Source: a virus (taxonomy: Duplodnaviria > Caudoviricetes). From it: DNA of 53,363 nucleotides. The DNA is taken from positions 1 to 53,363 of IMG/VR virus record IMGVR_UViG_3300032303_002406; one strand, 5' to 3'. A program made the position numbers and the translations under genes. Positions 1 through 9,750 of this stretch are shown here, piece by piece. Each line of letters opens with the position of its first letter. The first letter of the stretch is position 1. The notes beneath the pieces were generated by a model. It saw only the letters and a program-made list of their open reading frames with translations, was not told where the DNA came from and did not search any database.

Positions 1-3000
1 TATGTAAGAATTCGTATGGATGGTTCTGGTATTGATAGACTTTATAGAATTGAGCCAGATTCAACAATTTATGTTTGGGACGATGGTAACTGGGATGATA
101 TGGGAAACCCAGATAATGACATGCAGAGCTATGACAAGATGCTTGATGATTGGGAAGATACTGTCACTAAAACTCATATGCCTGTTGATACAGAAACAGC
201 TTTACTTATTGCTGCACTTTTAGATAACGAACCTCTTATTGCTCATAAAATGGAAAAAATTCAACCAGAAGAGCATCAAATGTTTTTAGATGCAGCTCCA
301 GAAATTGATTGGACTATGATTGAAGAAATTATTCTTCCTGACGACGAGTCTCATCTTTGGGAAAGTAATTATTCAATTACTGCAGCTGGAGAAGCTGCTG
401 CACCATCTGGCGTGGTTTCAGCAAACGATGGACAATATTCACCAGCTGAGCGTTCTAAGAATGCAAGCTCTCAAGTTAGAGATAAATCTGGCAAGTTTGC
501 AAAGATGGGCTCCAAAGTAATTATTGGTGGACGCCCTGAATATCAAGGAAATATTCGTTCAATCGATGCCAATACAGGAAAAGCAAAAATCGAACTTGCA
601 AATGGAAATTTAGTTGAAGTTCCAGTAAATATTACTGAAGCAGCTGATGCATACACACCTCTGCCACAAGGAAATATGGAAGGTGTTTTAGATACAAGTG
701 GGATTCTTGGAGAGCCTCGAACTCCTATGGATTCTCCAATTCGTATGCCAGGAACTTTACCTCCACTTAATGCAGAAAATATGAATCAAATGTTGACTGA
801 CTATCCACAATGGGTAGCGAATCAAAGACTTTCTGCAGATACAGCTCCTAATCGTGATACACAACCTGCTGGATCTCCAGGAACTACTCCTGCTTTAACA
901 CAGCCTCAAGGTCGTTCAGCTAACCCTCTTGCTAAATACTACCCACAGGCAGCAGCGGAACCTACAAAAACAGTTAATGCCTATAATATTCCTACTCTTC
1001 GTGACTGGATATCAAAAAATCCAAGTTTAAGAAAAGCTAGTCCGTTCATGGATTCAAACGATACAAAGAAATATATAGAGAAAAAAGGAATTGATAGTCC
1101 TTGGCTAGATAAATCTGGAAGACCTTTAAAGGCTTCAGCAGATGATAAACCAATGACACCAGAAACTTCTGATGTTCCTATCTTACATATGGCAATTGTT
1201 TCTCCAGACGATCCTCAAGCAGTTATGGATCTTATTGCTTTAGTTCCTGCTTCTGGAAAAACTACAGAACCAGCAACATTTACTAGAAAAAATGGACAAT
1301 GGATCCCAGACGATGGAGTTCTTGCGGATCTTCGTAGTGTAACACCACCTCCTACTGTAGTTCTTGACGATCAAACACTGCTTAGCGTTCTTGAGCAAGT
1401 GGATGGTAAGAAGGCAGATAAAAAAGATTCAGTTACAGCAGCAGGTGGGGCAGATCGCAACCGTGGAAAAGCTGAAGAACTTCGTAGATATTGGCTATAT
1501 GGAAAAGGTGCGGCAAAGATTCGCTGGAGAACTCCAGGCGATTGGACTCGCTGCCACAAATATCTTGCTAAATATATGGGTCCTCGTTCAAAGGGCTATT
1601 GCGCCCTTCGCCATAAGGAAGCTAATGGTTACTGGCCAGGAGATAAGCAGAATACAAACAGCACTTTTACAGTCAATACTATGCATTCTTATGACGAACT
1701 TTTGAGCACTTTTATTATGAAGGCAAAGGCAGCAGATGCCAAGGCTAGAGTAATGACTGCTAGTGGTACTGATGTAACTGATACCTCTGAAAATAAAGGC
1801 TCAGAGTTTATTATACCTCTTGTAATCCCTGAAGGTGTTGAATCTGGAGATGGAAGAAAGATGAGAAAGGGTGCTCTCACAATGAGAGAACTTCCTCTCC
1901 CTCTTTTATGGCAAATTAAGACTGGTGAAGGCCATAATGGTTCTGTAGTTGTAGGACAGATTACTCATATGGAAAGAACAGATGATGGTATTGGAAATGC
2001 AAGCGGTTTCTTTGATACAGGTGAATATGGAAAAGAAGCCGAGCGATTAGTTCGTGGTGGCTTTATTAGAGGAGTCTCTGCAGACCTTGATCAATTTGAG
2101 GCATCTGAAGAGGAGATAGATACAGAAAACGGATCTGACACTAAGGCAGATGCAGGTAAAATGAGCATTACAAAAGCACGAGTTATGGCTGTGACCATCG
2201 TGCCTAAACCTGCGTTTCAAGAGTGCACTATTCAACTCGCTGACCAGGTCAGTGAGAAGGAGGATGATGTGAATATTCCTGACGGCGTATATGTCGAAGG
2301 AGTCGATGCTCTTGACGCTTCGGCGCTAGTTGCTTGCGGAATGATTGCTGGTGCAATCCCAGTAGTTCCTCCAACCGAGTGGTTTGAAAACCCTCAATTA
2401 AAATCAGCGACCCCGCTAACAATTACAGACGAGGGTCAAGTCTACGGACACATTGCTGCGTGGCATGTCGATCATATCGGGATGTCTATGGGAACAAAGC
2501 CTCCTCGTAGCCGTAGCAAATATGCATATTTCCACACTGGTGTAGTACGCACCGAAGACGGTAGTGATATCCCTGTTGGGCAATTAACTCTTGCGGGGGG
2601 ACACGCATCGCTAGAAGCATCTGCAATGGAAGCTGCTCGTCACTATGACGATACAGCCTCAGCTATTGCCGATGTCCATGCTGGAGAAGATGCTTACGGC
2701 ATCTGGGTGGCTGGCTCAGTAAGATCTGGTGCTTCACCAGAGCAGATTCGTGCACTTCGTGCATCAGCACCATCAGGTGACTGGCGCCCAATTAAGAATT
2801 CCCTAGAACTAGTTGCTGTGTGTCAGGTAAACGTTCCAGGATTCCCAATCGCTCGTGCTCGTGTTGCATCAGGTCAGGTAATGGCTTTGGTTGCAGCAGG
2901 TGCAAAAGTTCTTGCAGAACTAAAGCATGATCCTTTAGCAGAACTTAACTCTAAGATTGATCGTTTACAGCAGATTCAATTAGAGCCTCTAGTAGCAGCG

Positions 3001-4191
3001 GCTACAGAAGCAAAAGCTAAATTCTCTGCTCTTCAAGGAGAAGTTCTAGCTTCTAAAAAGATTGAACTTGCAGCCAAGATTGAAAAGATGAAGGCAGATG
3101 CCGATAAAGACTCTGACTATATGCATCAAAATCTTGACGAGGATCCAGAGTCAGAATTGGCTGTAGTTACACGCCGTGTTCGTGAACGCCTTGCCTCAGA
3201 AGGTAAAGCTCTACCAGATGGCTCATTCCCTATCCGTGATGCTAACGACCTAAAGCATGCAATCCGTGCCTATGGTCGTGCTAAGGCTGGACATAAGGGC
3301 TCAGTAAAGAAGCACATTATGAAGAGAGCTGCTGGCCTTGGTCGTGAAGAATTGATTCCAGAAAATTGGAAAGGTGCAGCTTCAGATCTTGATGAAATCG
3401 TTGCTAGCATGAAATCAAAAACAGCTGAATTTTCATCTTTTTTAGATAATTCTGAAGCACTTTTTTCAACAGAAAAAACTGACTCTTTAATGGCAGCTGG
3501 TCCTGTCGGAGATGTTTCTGAGATTGCTGCAGATTTAAGTCCTGAAGAAATTGATGCTCTTAAGAAAGAAGCAGAACTACGCAAGTCTGGTGAAGCTCCT
3601 ACAGATATAACTGACCCTAGCTTAGCTCCTAAGACAAATATGCCTAGGGGAGAAGCGGTAGTTCCTCAAGGAGAAGATCGTCCTAAGTACACCCCTGAAA
3701 CTCAGCCTCGTGATGCAACAGGAAAGTTCCGTCAGGTGCTAGCTCGTATTAAGGAAAACCTAGGAACATCAGGACTTGATAATGCATTGAAGAAGATCGA
3801 AGAAGCTGAAAACTTTGACAATACTGGAGATTATGCGGGAGCAGCTAAGGCAGCTGGAGACCTACTAGGCATTATCGATAGATTGGACAGTGGAGCACTT
3901 AATTCTGACGCTTTAGAAAACGTCCGAAATAGCGCTGGAGAGCTTGGAAAGGTTATTGCTAACCTGCCTTTTGCCTTTGGAGAAGAGGCTCAAAAGATTC
4001 GTTTCTCAGATGTACCTCCTGCCCTTCGTGACCTTATGACTGACATGATTGACCGTGTAGAGGCCAAGATTGGCAAAGAAGACGCCGATGTAGCCACTAA
4101 AGGATTAAAGGTATTCATGTCTGGTGGAGACTACTTTAACCAAAGTGAGATCTCATCAGAGATGGCAAAGCTTCTTAGGTTACTTACCTAA
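1..4191 (+). CDS. Capsid maturation protease polyprotein (multi-module head protein), probably 5'-truncated by the window edge
   Basis: Frame is open from base 1 (YVRIR before ATG 16). Central IPEGVESGDGR...LPLPLLWQ...VVGQI...RGVSADLD...VTIVPKPAF region resembles actinophage prohead proteases. Also carries LRRYW..G.GAAKIRW.TPGDWTRC, GHIA.W..HIG and ALPDGSFPI modules and two RD..GKF motifs. Lies directly upstream of the capsid gene. Confidence 0.75.
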   Translation, partial: YVRIRMDGSGIDRLYRIEPDSTIYVWDDGNWDDMGNPDNDMQSYDKMLDDWEDTVTKTHMPVDTETALLIAALLDNEPLIAHKMEKIQPEEHQMFLDAAPEIDWTMIEEIILPDDESHLWESNYSITAAGEAAAPSGVVSANDGQYSPAERSKNASSQVRDKSGKFAKMGSKVIIGGRPEYQGNIRSIDANTGKAKIELANGNLVEVPVNITEAADAYTPLPQGNMEGVLDTSGILGEPRTPMDSPIRMPGTLPPLNAENMNQMLTDYPQWVANQRLSADTAPNRDTQPAGSPGTTPALTQPQGRSANPLAKYYPQAAAEPTKTVNAYNIPTLRDWISKNPSLRKASPFMDSNDTKKYIEKKGIDSPWLDKSGRPLKASADDKPMTPETSDVPILHMAIVSPDDPQAVMDLIALVPASGKTTEPATFTRKNGQWIPDDGVLADLRSVTPPPTVVLDDQTLLSVLEQVDGKKADKKDSVTAAGGADRNRGKAEELRRYWLYGKGAAKIRWRTPGDWTRCHKYLAKYMGPRSKGYCALRHKEANGYWPGDKQNTNSTFTVNTMHSYDELLSTFIMKAKAADAKARVMTASGTDVTDTSENKGSEFIIPLVIPEGVESGDGRKMRKGALTMRELPLPLLWQIKTGEGHNGSVVVGQITHMERTDDGIGNASGFFDTGEYGKEAERLVRGGFIRGVSADLDQFEASEEEIDTENGSDTKADAGKMSITKARVMAVTIVPKPAFQECTIQLADQVSEKEDDVNIPDGVYVEGVDALDASALVACGMIAGAIPVVPPTEWFENPQLKSATPLTITDEGQVYGHIAAWHVDHIGMSMGTKPPRSRSKYAYFHTGVVRTEDGSDIPVGQLTLAGGHASLEASAMEAARHYDDTASAIADVHAGEDAYGIWVAGSVRSGASPEQIRALRASAPSGDWRPIKNSLELVAVCQVNVPGFPIARARVASGQVMALVAAGAKVLAELKHDPLAELNSKIDRLQQIQLEPLVAAATEAKAKFSALQGEVLASKKIELAAKIEKMKADADKDSDYMHQNLDEDPESELAVVTRRVRERLASEGKALPDGSFPIRDANDLKHAIRAYGRAKAGHKGSVKKHIMKRAAGLGREELIPENWKGAASDLDEIVASMKSKTAEFSSFLDNSEALFSTEKTDSLMAAGPVGDVSEIAADLSPEEIDALKKEAELRKSGEAPTDITDPSLAPKTNMPRGEAVVPQGEDRPKYTPETQPRDATGKFRQVLARIKENLGTSGLDNALKKIEEAENFDNTGDYAGAAKAAGDLLGIIDRLDSGALNSDALENVRNSAGELGKVIANLPFAFGEEAQKIRFSDVPPALRDLMTDMIDRVEAKIGKEDADVATKGLKVFMSGGDYFNQSEISSEMAKLLRLLT

Positions 4192-4232
4192 GTTGAATAG
4201 AAATCGTACAAATAACCTTTTTTAAGGTGTTG

Positions 4233-4357
4233 TATTATTTTATCTAGGTGGAGTGCCTCCACGCATTATGCGTATGGGAGTCCCTCGGCCTCGACTGATA
4301 AGCGAGACGAGAAGCCTTAATGCCTCTTGTCAAGACTGACCCGGAGGAGGGACAGTA
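4233..4357 (+). promoter_or_regulatory. -10-like TATTAT followed by a GC-rich structured 5' leader and strong SD (GGAGGAGG) of the major capsid gene
   Basis: TATTAT at 4233-4238; several inverted repeats in 4248-4353; GGAGGAGG at 4343-4350 before GTG 4358. Confidence 0.5.
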
Positions 4358-6463
4358 GTGGACCAAATCAAACAAATGATGGATCAGCTTGCTGAACTCG
4401 ATAACGATCAAGTTACCGATCTTCAGAACCAGATCATCAAAGAATTTGAAGCGGTTGAGAAAGATGATCCTACTCCGCAGACAGTTGACGCAATGTCGTC
4501 ACTTGCTGACATGCTTGACACCGTCCGTGGTGAATTCAAGCGTCGCGAGGCCGCAGTTCAGGAGCTCGCATCCCGAGCCGCCGAGGCTGCTGCTCGTGTA
4601 CATGGCAGCGATGGCGAAGCAAACATGGAAGAAGCAGAAGCAGCTGAAATGCCTTCAGAAGAAATGAAGAAAGCAGAAGAAGTTGCACCTGCAGATGCTC
4701 CTCTAGAAGGAACTCCTGCTGAAGAAGCTGGAGAAACCCCAGGTGAAGAAGCTGTAGAAGTAGAAACCCCAGCTGAAGAAGCGTCCCCTGCAGATGCAGA
4801 AGAGGACAAAACCAAGACAGAGGAAGAGAAAAAGAAATCCATGGAAGCATCAACTGAAGCGGATAAGACCGTTGAACTCTCAACAGAATCAAATGAAGTT
4901 GTAACCGAAGCTGCAGCCGTAGCCGAGGAAGCTGTAGTTGCAGATGGCTCAGAGCCAGAAGCAGTTGCAGAAGTTGCTGTAGAAGCAACAGAAGAAGCTC
5001 CAGTAGCTGAAGAAGCAGTAGCAGAAGCAGTTGTAGCAGATGAAGCAGTTGCTTCAGATGATGCAGCAGCAGTAGCTGATGTTGCAGATGGTGCAGAAGC
5101 TTCAATCGTTACCCCAGAAAACCCAACTGAGTCATTGACTCAAGAAATTATGGAGGCACCCGTGACCGCCGCTGCTAATAATGCAGAAAACCTCGTTGTC
5201 GAGGCCCCGGCTGACCGTCGTCTAGTCTCACAGACTTCTGCCGCTCCTGTGGCGATCACAGCGGGCGCAGATATCCCAGGATATACGGCTGGCAGCTCAA
5301 TGGACTCAATGTCCGATGTAGCAAGCGCAATGGAGAAGCGTCTACACGCTCTTCGTCGTGTGAACGGTGGAGATGGAGAACAACACATTGTTGCTTCAAT
5401 CACCACACAGTACCCAGAAGATCGCATTCTTACACAGGATGCAGAAGCCAACTGGGCTAAAGTCCAAGCTGTAACAGGCCCTGAAGCACTTGTTGCTTCT
5501 GGTGGACACTCAACACCATTCGAAGTCAAGTATGACATCTTTGGAATCGGAACAACTGCTCGTCCAGTTCGTGACGCTCTTCCTAAGTTCCAAGCTGACC
5601 GTGGTGGTATCCGTTTCGTAACTCCACCAGTACTTAGCGATTACGCTAATGCTGTTGGTGTATGGACCGCAGCAAACGATTCAGCACAAACACCAAGCCC
5701 ATCTTCTAAGTTGAGCCTAACTGTTTCTGCTGCATCAGAAAACACAGTTGCTACTGATGCTGTAACACTACAGCTACAGTTCGGTAACTTGATGACTCGT
5801 GCTTATCCTGAATTGATCGCTCGTCACAATGAGCTTGGTCTTATTCAGCATGCAAAGGAAGCAGAACAACAGCTTCTTACACGCATCGCAGCACTTTCAA
5901 CAGCAGTTACATCAACATCTCTAATCGGATTTGGTCGTGACTTCCTTGTTCAAGTAGGACGTGCAGCAACTGCTTACCGTGGTCGCCATCGTCTAGAATC
6001 TGATGCACAACTTCGTGTTATTGCTCCAGCTTGGATCAAGGATGCAATGGCAGCAGATCTAACAATCTCAATGCCTGGCGATTCAACAATGAACGCTTAT
6101 GCAGAGATCGAAGGCTATATTGCTGCTCGTGGCATCAATATCAGCTGGACTCTTGACGGAGACGTCATGGATTCAGCACAGTCCGCAGCAGCAATGCTTG
6201 AATTTCCAGACACATTTGTTTGGTACCTCTTTGCAGAAGGAACATTCCTAATGCTTGATGGCGGTACTTTGGATCTTGGTGTTATCCGTGACTCAACACT
6301 TGTTGGTACAAACGATTACAAGATGTTTGTTGAAACCTTCGAAGGTGTTGCAAAGATCGGTGTTGAAGGTATCAAGGTAACTTCAACCATCAATATCAAC
6401 GGTGTAGCAGCAGCTCTCCGTGATACAACTGGTGGCGCAACAGCTGCGGCTATCGAGTACTAA
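4358..6463 (+). CDS. Major capsid (hexamer-type) protein with N-terminal coiled-coil and acidic Glu/Ala scaffold region
   Basis: Strong SD; helical N-terminus, long E/A-rich linker, then ALVASGG..TP.EVKYD...RDALP.FQADRGGIRF...LDGGTLDLGVIRDSTL..TNDY..F.ETFEGVA, typical of cluster-B-like actinophage capsid proteins; codon usage suggests high expression. Confidence 0.85.
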   Translation: MDQIKQMMDQLAELDNDQVTDLQNQIIKEFEAVEKDDPTPQTVDAMSSLADMLDTVRGEFKRREAAVQELASRAAEAAARVHGSDGEANMEEAEAAEMPSEEMKKAEEVAPADAPLEGTPAEEAGETPGEEAVEVETPAEEASPADAEEDKTKTEEEKKKSMEASTEADKTVELSTESNEVVTEAAAVAEEAVVADGSEPEAVAEVAVEATEEAPVAEEAVAEAVVADEAVASDDAAAVADVADGAEASIVTPENPTESLTQEIMEAPVTAAANNAENLVVEAPADRRLVSQTSAAPVAITAGADIPGYTAGSSMDSMSDVASAMEKRLHALRRVNGGDGEQHIVASITTQYPEDRILTQDAEANWAKVQAVTGPEALVASGGHSTPFEVKYDIFGIGTTARPVRDALPKFQADRGGIRFVTPPVLSDYANAVGVWTAANDSAQTPSPSSKLSLTVSAASENTVATDAVTLQLQFGNLMTRAYPELIARHNELGLIQHAKEAEQQLLTRIAALSTAVTSTSLIGFGRDFLVQVGRAATAYRGRHRLESDAQLRVIAPAWIKDAMAADLTISMPGDSTMNAYAEIEGYIAARGINISWTLDGDVMDSAQSAAAMLEFPDTFVWYLFAEGTFLMLDGGTLDLGVIRDSTLVGTNDYKMFVETFEGVAKIGVEGIKVTSTININGVAAALRDTTGGATAAAIEY

Positions 6464-6534
6464 ACCGTACCCAATAACCACATATAAGTAGTTAATTACC
6501 CGAGTCGACACTTAGAAGAAAGAGGATAAGAAAA

Positions 6535-7416
6535 ATGGCGTTTAGAGGAATCTATCCAGCTCCTGATCTGACCCCTGCCCCTTGCGGGATTCTGAGTGTC
6601 GCTCGTGTAATGACTCACGGGGGCGCAGAGTATGACGAGCGTTGGGTTCGTGGCTTTAGCTACGAATTTGATTCTCAACCAGAAATTGAAGTTTTTACAG
6701 TAAATGATGCAGTAGTAACTGGTGGAGTAACTGGAACCTCATCTCTTCCTCGATTTAAAGAGTACGACCCTTTCTTCATTCAAGTAACAGATACTCGTTC
6801 TACTTTCGGGTTAACTGGTGAAGATCGATTTGCACTTACTATTAAGAAGTTAGAAGTAGCCTCACAGAAGGCAGTAGAGCGTGAACTTTGGGAAGGCGTC
6901 TCTGCATTAGCTGAAACAAACGGGAATGATTATTTAAGAAAAGCGTCAGCAGCAACCGTAGTAAATAGCGGTGCACTGGCCCCAGCAACAGCTTTAATGC
7001 TGTTGGAACAAGCGATTTCTAGCTCACCTGCAGGTATCAACGGAGTCATCCATATGACTCGTGATGTTGCGTCGATCCTTGGATCACGCCTCATCTACTT
7101 ACCAGCAGATGGCGGAAAAACAGGCAAGGCTATGACTCGTTTAGGTACAGAGGTAGTTATTGGTTCTGGTTACACAGGTGCTGGTCGCATTAGCGATGCC
7201 AACACCACAGCATCTGCTTCAAATAAGTGGATGTTTGCAACTGGACCTATTGACGTACATCTAAGCAAGCCTGAAGTTGTAAATGAAAACCTTGGACAAG
7301 GAATCACAGTAAGCACAAATACTAATACTATGACAATTAAAGCAGTCCGTGCAGCTGGAGTATACTTTGATCCATCAATCAATTACACAGTACGACTAGC
7401 ACTACCAACCACCTAA
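6535..7416 (+). CDS. Second capsid protein (putative pentamer-type capsid protein)
   Basis: 293 aa between capsid and major tail; P.P.GILSVA N-terminus, AVERELW, GVIHM and VVIGSGY motifs; synteny matches hexamer/pentamer pairs of cluster-B-like phages (from recall). Confidence 0.6.
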   Translation: MAFRGIYPAPDLTPAPCGILSVARVMTHGGAEYDERWVRGFSYEFDSQPEIEVFTVNDAVVTGGVTGTSSLPRFKEYDPFFIQVTDTRSTFGLTGEDRFALTIKKLEVASQKAVERELWEGVSALAETNGNDYLRKASAATVVNSGALAPATALMLLEQAISSSPAGINGVIHMTRDVASILGSRLIYLPADGGKTGKAMTRLGTEVVIGSGYTGAGRISDANTTASASNKWMFATGPIDVHLSKPEVVNENLGQGITVSTNTNTMTIKAVRAAGVYFDPSINYTVRLALPTT

Positions 7417-7444
7417 GCAATAACAATAGAAGGAGAACACTGGA

Positions 7445-8491
7445 ATGGCCACTCAGGACTTTGCGGCTAGCGTTCAAGGTGTGTCGATCCGAGTCACCAG
7501 ACTGGACGCCGCTGGAAATCTGCTCAATGGAGCAGGGGACAGTTACACAACCTCGGCGTTCCTCCGCACATCTTTTACGCCCGAATATGAAGAAGGCGAT
7601 GAAATCATCGAGAAGTCAGCGGACGGTACCATTTGCGTATCATATAAAGCCCCTGACACTCTAAAGCGCATCACAATGGAGCTTGCAATTTGCGAGCCAG
7701 ATACAGAGCTAACACAGCTTATTTCTGGTGGTTTGCTACTCCGTAAGAATTTTGGATCATATGCTTCACCAGACAACAAGTCAATCGGTTGGGCCGCACC
7801 TTCCGTTGGCGATGACCCAACAGGTCGTGGCGTTGCTCTTGAAGTATGGTCATACGCTGTAGCCGACGGACGTCGTGCTGCAACACACCCATATTTCCAC
7901 TGGGTATTCCCATATGTACGTCTTCGTCAATCAGGTGACCGTGTTATTGAAAACGGCATGCTTGCAAACACATTCGAAGGCTACGGACTTGGAAACATCA
8001 CATTCGGTTCAGGTCTTGATGGCCGCTGGCAGTTCCCAGTAGCAACAGAGCGTTCATATTCATATGCTCGCGCTGATTGGGCTCCAACAGGTCTTAAGGG
8101 CTTCTATCGCTGGTTTACAGACTCAACAAAGAGCGTAAACAATAAGTCACTTACATCTAACGTGGCAACACTTACAACTTCTGCAGCACATGGATTTGAA
8201 ACAGGTCAAAGCGTAACAGTTTCTGGTGTAGATGCTACATTCAATGGCACATACACAATCACTGCTACACCTTCTTCAACAACATTCCGCTATGCAAAGA
8301 CTGCAACAGATGTAGCCTCAACAGCAGTTTCACCAACAGGTACAGCTCTTCGTAGCAAGGGTTATCTTGCAGTATCAGACTTCACATCACAGGGGTCTAC
8401 ATCTGCATACAACGTACCAGGCAATACTGACTTCAATGCAGATCAACCAATTGACTTCATCATTGCGTCAACTGAGGATCCATCCGCTTAA
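7445..8491 (+). CDS. Major tail (tube) protein with C-terminal accessory beta-domain
   Basis: SVQGVSIRVTRLD..G, PEYEEGDEI.EK.ADG.IC and ALEVWS...YFHWVFP motifs; C-terminal ATLTTSAAHGF..GQSVTVSGVD..FNGTYTI repeat. Confidence 0.8.
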   Translation: MATQDFAASVQGVSIRVTRLDAAGNLLNGAGDSYTTSAFLRTSFTPEYEEGDEIIEKSADGTICVSYKAPDTLKRITMELAICEPDTELTQLISGGLLLRKNFGSYASPDNKSIGWAAPSVGDDPTGRGVALEVWSYAVADGRRAATHPYFHWVFPYVRLRQSGDRVIENGMLANTFEGYGLGNITFGSGLDGRWQFPVATERSYSYARADWAPTGLKGFYRWFTDSTKSVNNKSLTSNVATLTTSAAHGFETGQSVTVSGVDATFNGTYTITATPSSTTFRYAKTATDVASTAVSPTGTALRSKGYLAVSDFTSQGSTSAYNVPGNTDFNADQPIDFIIASTEDPSA

Positions 8492-8501
8492 ATTAAGTAA
8501 G

Positions 8502-8556
8502 GAGAGGCGGGCAGCGTACCGATGGTATATACCGTTGACACGTTGCCCGCTTTTTC
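8502..8556 (+). terminator. Intrinsic terminator after the major tail gene
   Basis: GCGGGCAGCGT (8507-8517) pairs with ACGTTGCCCGC (8540-8550); inner stem CGATGGT/ACCGTTG; followed by TTTTT. Confidence 0.75.
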
Positions 8557-8576
8557 TATTAGAGACAAGGTAAAGT

Positions 8577-9722
8577 ATGAGTAATTTGTGGGTGACACCA
8601 GAAGAGCTTGGCGAATACGCCGAATCCGATTATGCATACGATGCTGCAAAAACAGCTTCATACCTTCTATGGGGAATGTCTGGTCGTAAATTTTCTGGAA
8701 TGACAACAGTTACAGAACGTTATGTTTCTTCTTTCGATCCTTACTTAAGAACAAGCGGTTCAGCTTTAAGCTATACACCAATTTTGCTTGATGGAAATGT
8801 AGTAAATGTCGAAGCTGGTGGTCTAATGAACCGTTTTGCTTACAATCAAGATTATCAGGGAGATGGAAGCTCATCTTCATCAAGACTGCGCCTTCGTGGG
8901 CGTAAAGTTGTAAAGATTCACACAGTTCGTGATCTTCAGGGAACTATTATTGACCCAAGCAAATATTATCTTGATGACCATTCTGTTCTTACAGGAATTC
9001 CTGGCGCTGGTTGGTTCTCTAGCCGTGTAGAAGTTACTTATACTTACGGTTCTCCACCGCCAGCAGCAGGTCGTGCAGCAGCTCGTGTTCTTGCTACAGA
9101 GTTAGTAAAGCTCTATGAAGGCGACGATACATGCGCTCTTCCAAAGCGTGTAACTAGTATTTCTCGTCAAGGTGTTTCATATACTCTTCTTGACAGTCAA
9201 GATTTTATTGATGAACTTCGTACTGGTGTCTATGCTATCGACCTATTCCTTAAGACAGCTAACCCAGATAAAGCTCGTGCTCGTTCTCGTGTATTTTCTC
9301 CAGATATGCCTCGTGCTCGCAGAGTAACTGGTGCTTCTCCTCTCTACCAGCTCAGCGCAGATGATGTATATGTAACTGCAGATGGCGGATCTAATATCTA
9401 TTATTTCAATGAAATTAATGCAGAGTTCTTGGATGGCGATAGTGCGTGGACTATTGTTACAGAGATTTCGGATATCAGTAGCAATACAACAACAGAAATT
9501 GCTAATGCTGCAGTAATTGATAGAGTAGAAAATACAATAAGAGTTAGCTTTACATACAAAGATGCATTTTCAGTTACTGGAGCTCGTGACCCAGGCATTT
9601 TAGATTTATATGCATCTCGTCCTAGCTTAGGCAATCCAAATGTAAAAGAAATTGTTCATCTTGTTTCCAGCAATGTGATTTTTCAGCTGGGCGAAAGAAC
9701 AATTCCAATCTATACTGTATAA
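8577..9722 (+). CDS. Head-to-tail adaptor with C-terminal extension
   Basis: AS..LW.MSGRKFSG, EVTYTYG.PPP..GR.AA..LA.E, C.LP.RVTSISRQGVSY and TG...IDLF....NP motifs of actinophage adaptors. Confidence 0.75.
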   Translation: MSNLWVTPEELGEYAESDYAYDAAKTASYLLWGMSGRKFSGMTTVTERYVSSFDPYLRTSGSALSYTPILLDGNVVNVEAGGLMNRFAYNQDYQGDGSSSSSRLRLRGRKVVKIHTVRDLQGTIIDPSKYYLDDHSVLTGIPGAGWFSSRVEVTYTYGSPPPAAGRAAARVLATELVKLYEGDDTCALPKRVTSISRQGVSYTLLDSQDFIDELRTGVYAIDLFLKTANPDKARARSRVFSPDMPRARRVTGASPLYQLSADDVYVTADGGSNIYYFNEINAEFLDGDSAWTIVTEISDISSNTTTEIANAAVIDRVENTIRVSFTYKDAFSVTGARDPGILDLYASRPSLGNPNVKEIVHLVSSNVIFQLGERTIPIYTV

Positions 9723-9750
9723 CTAAAGAATCTAAAGACAAGAGGACATT

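Noticed and set aside
4192-4357. tRNA gene in the GC-rich spacer
   Set aside because: No T-loop GTTC motif or cloverleaf with acceptor stem; better explained as a structured mRNA leader.
4536-5105. Antisense Leu/Gln-rich ORFs (also 40058-41499 and 50553-51263 shadow ORFs)
   Set aside because: Shadow frames of low-complexity Glu/Ala or Gly-Pro-Thr coding sequence with no RBS or independent signal.
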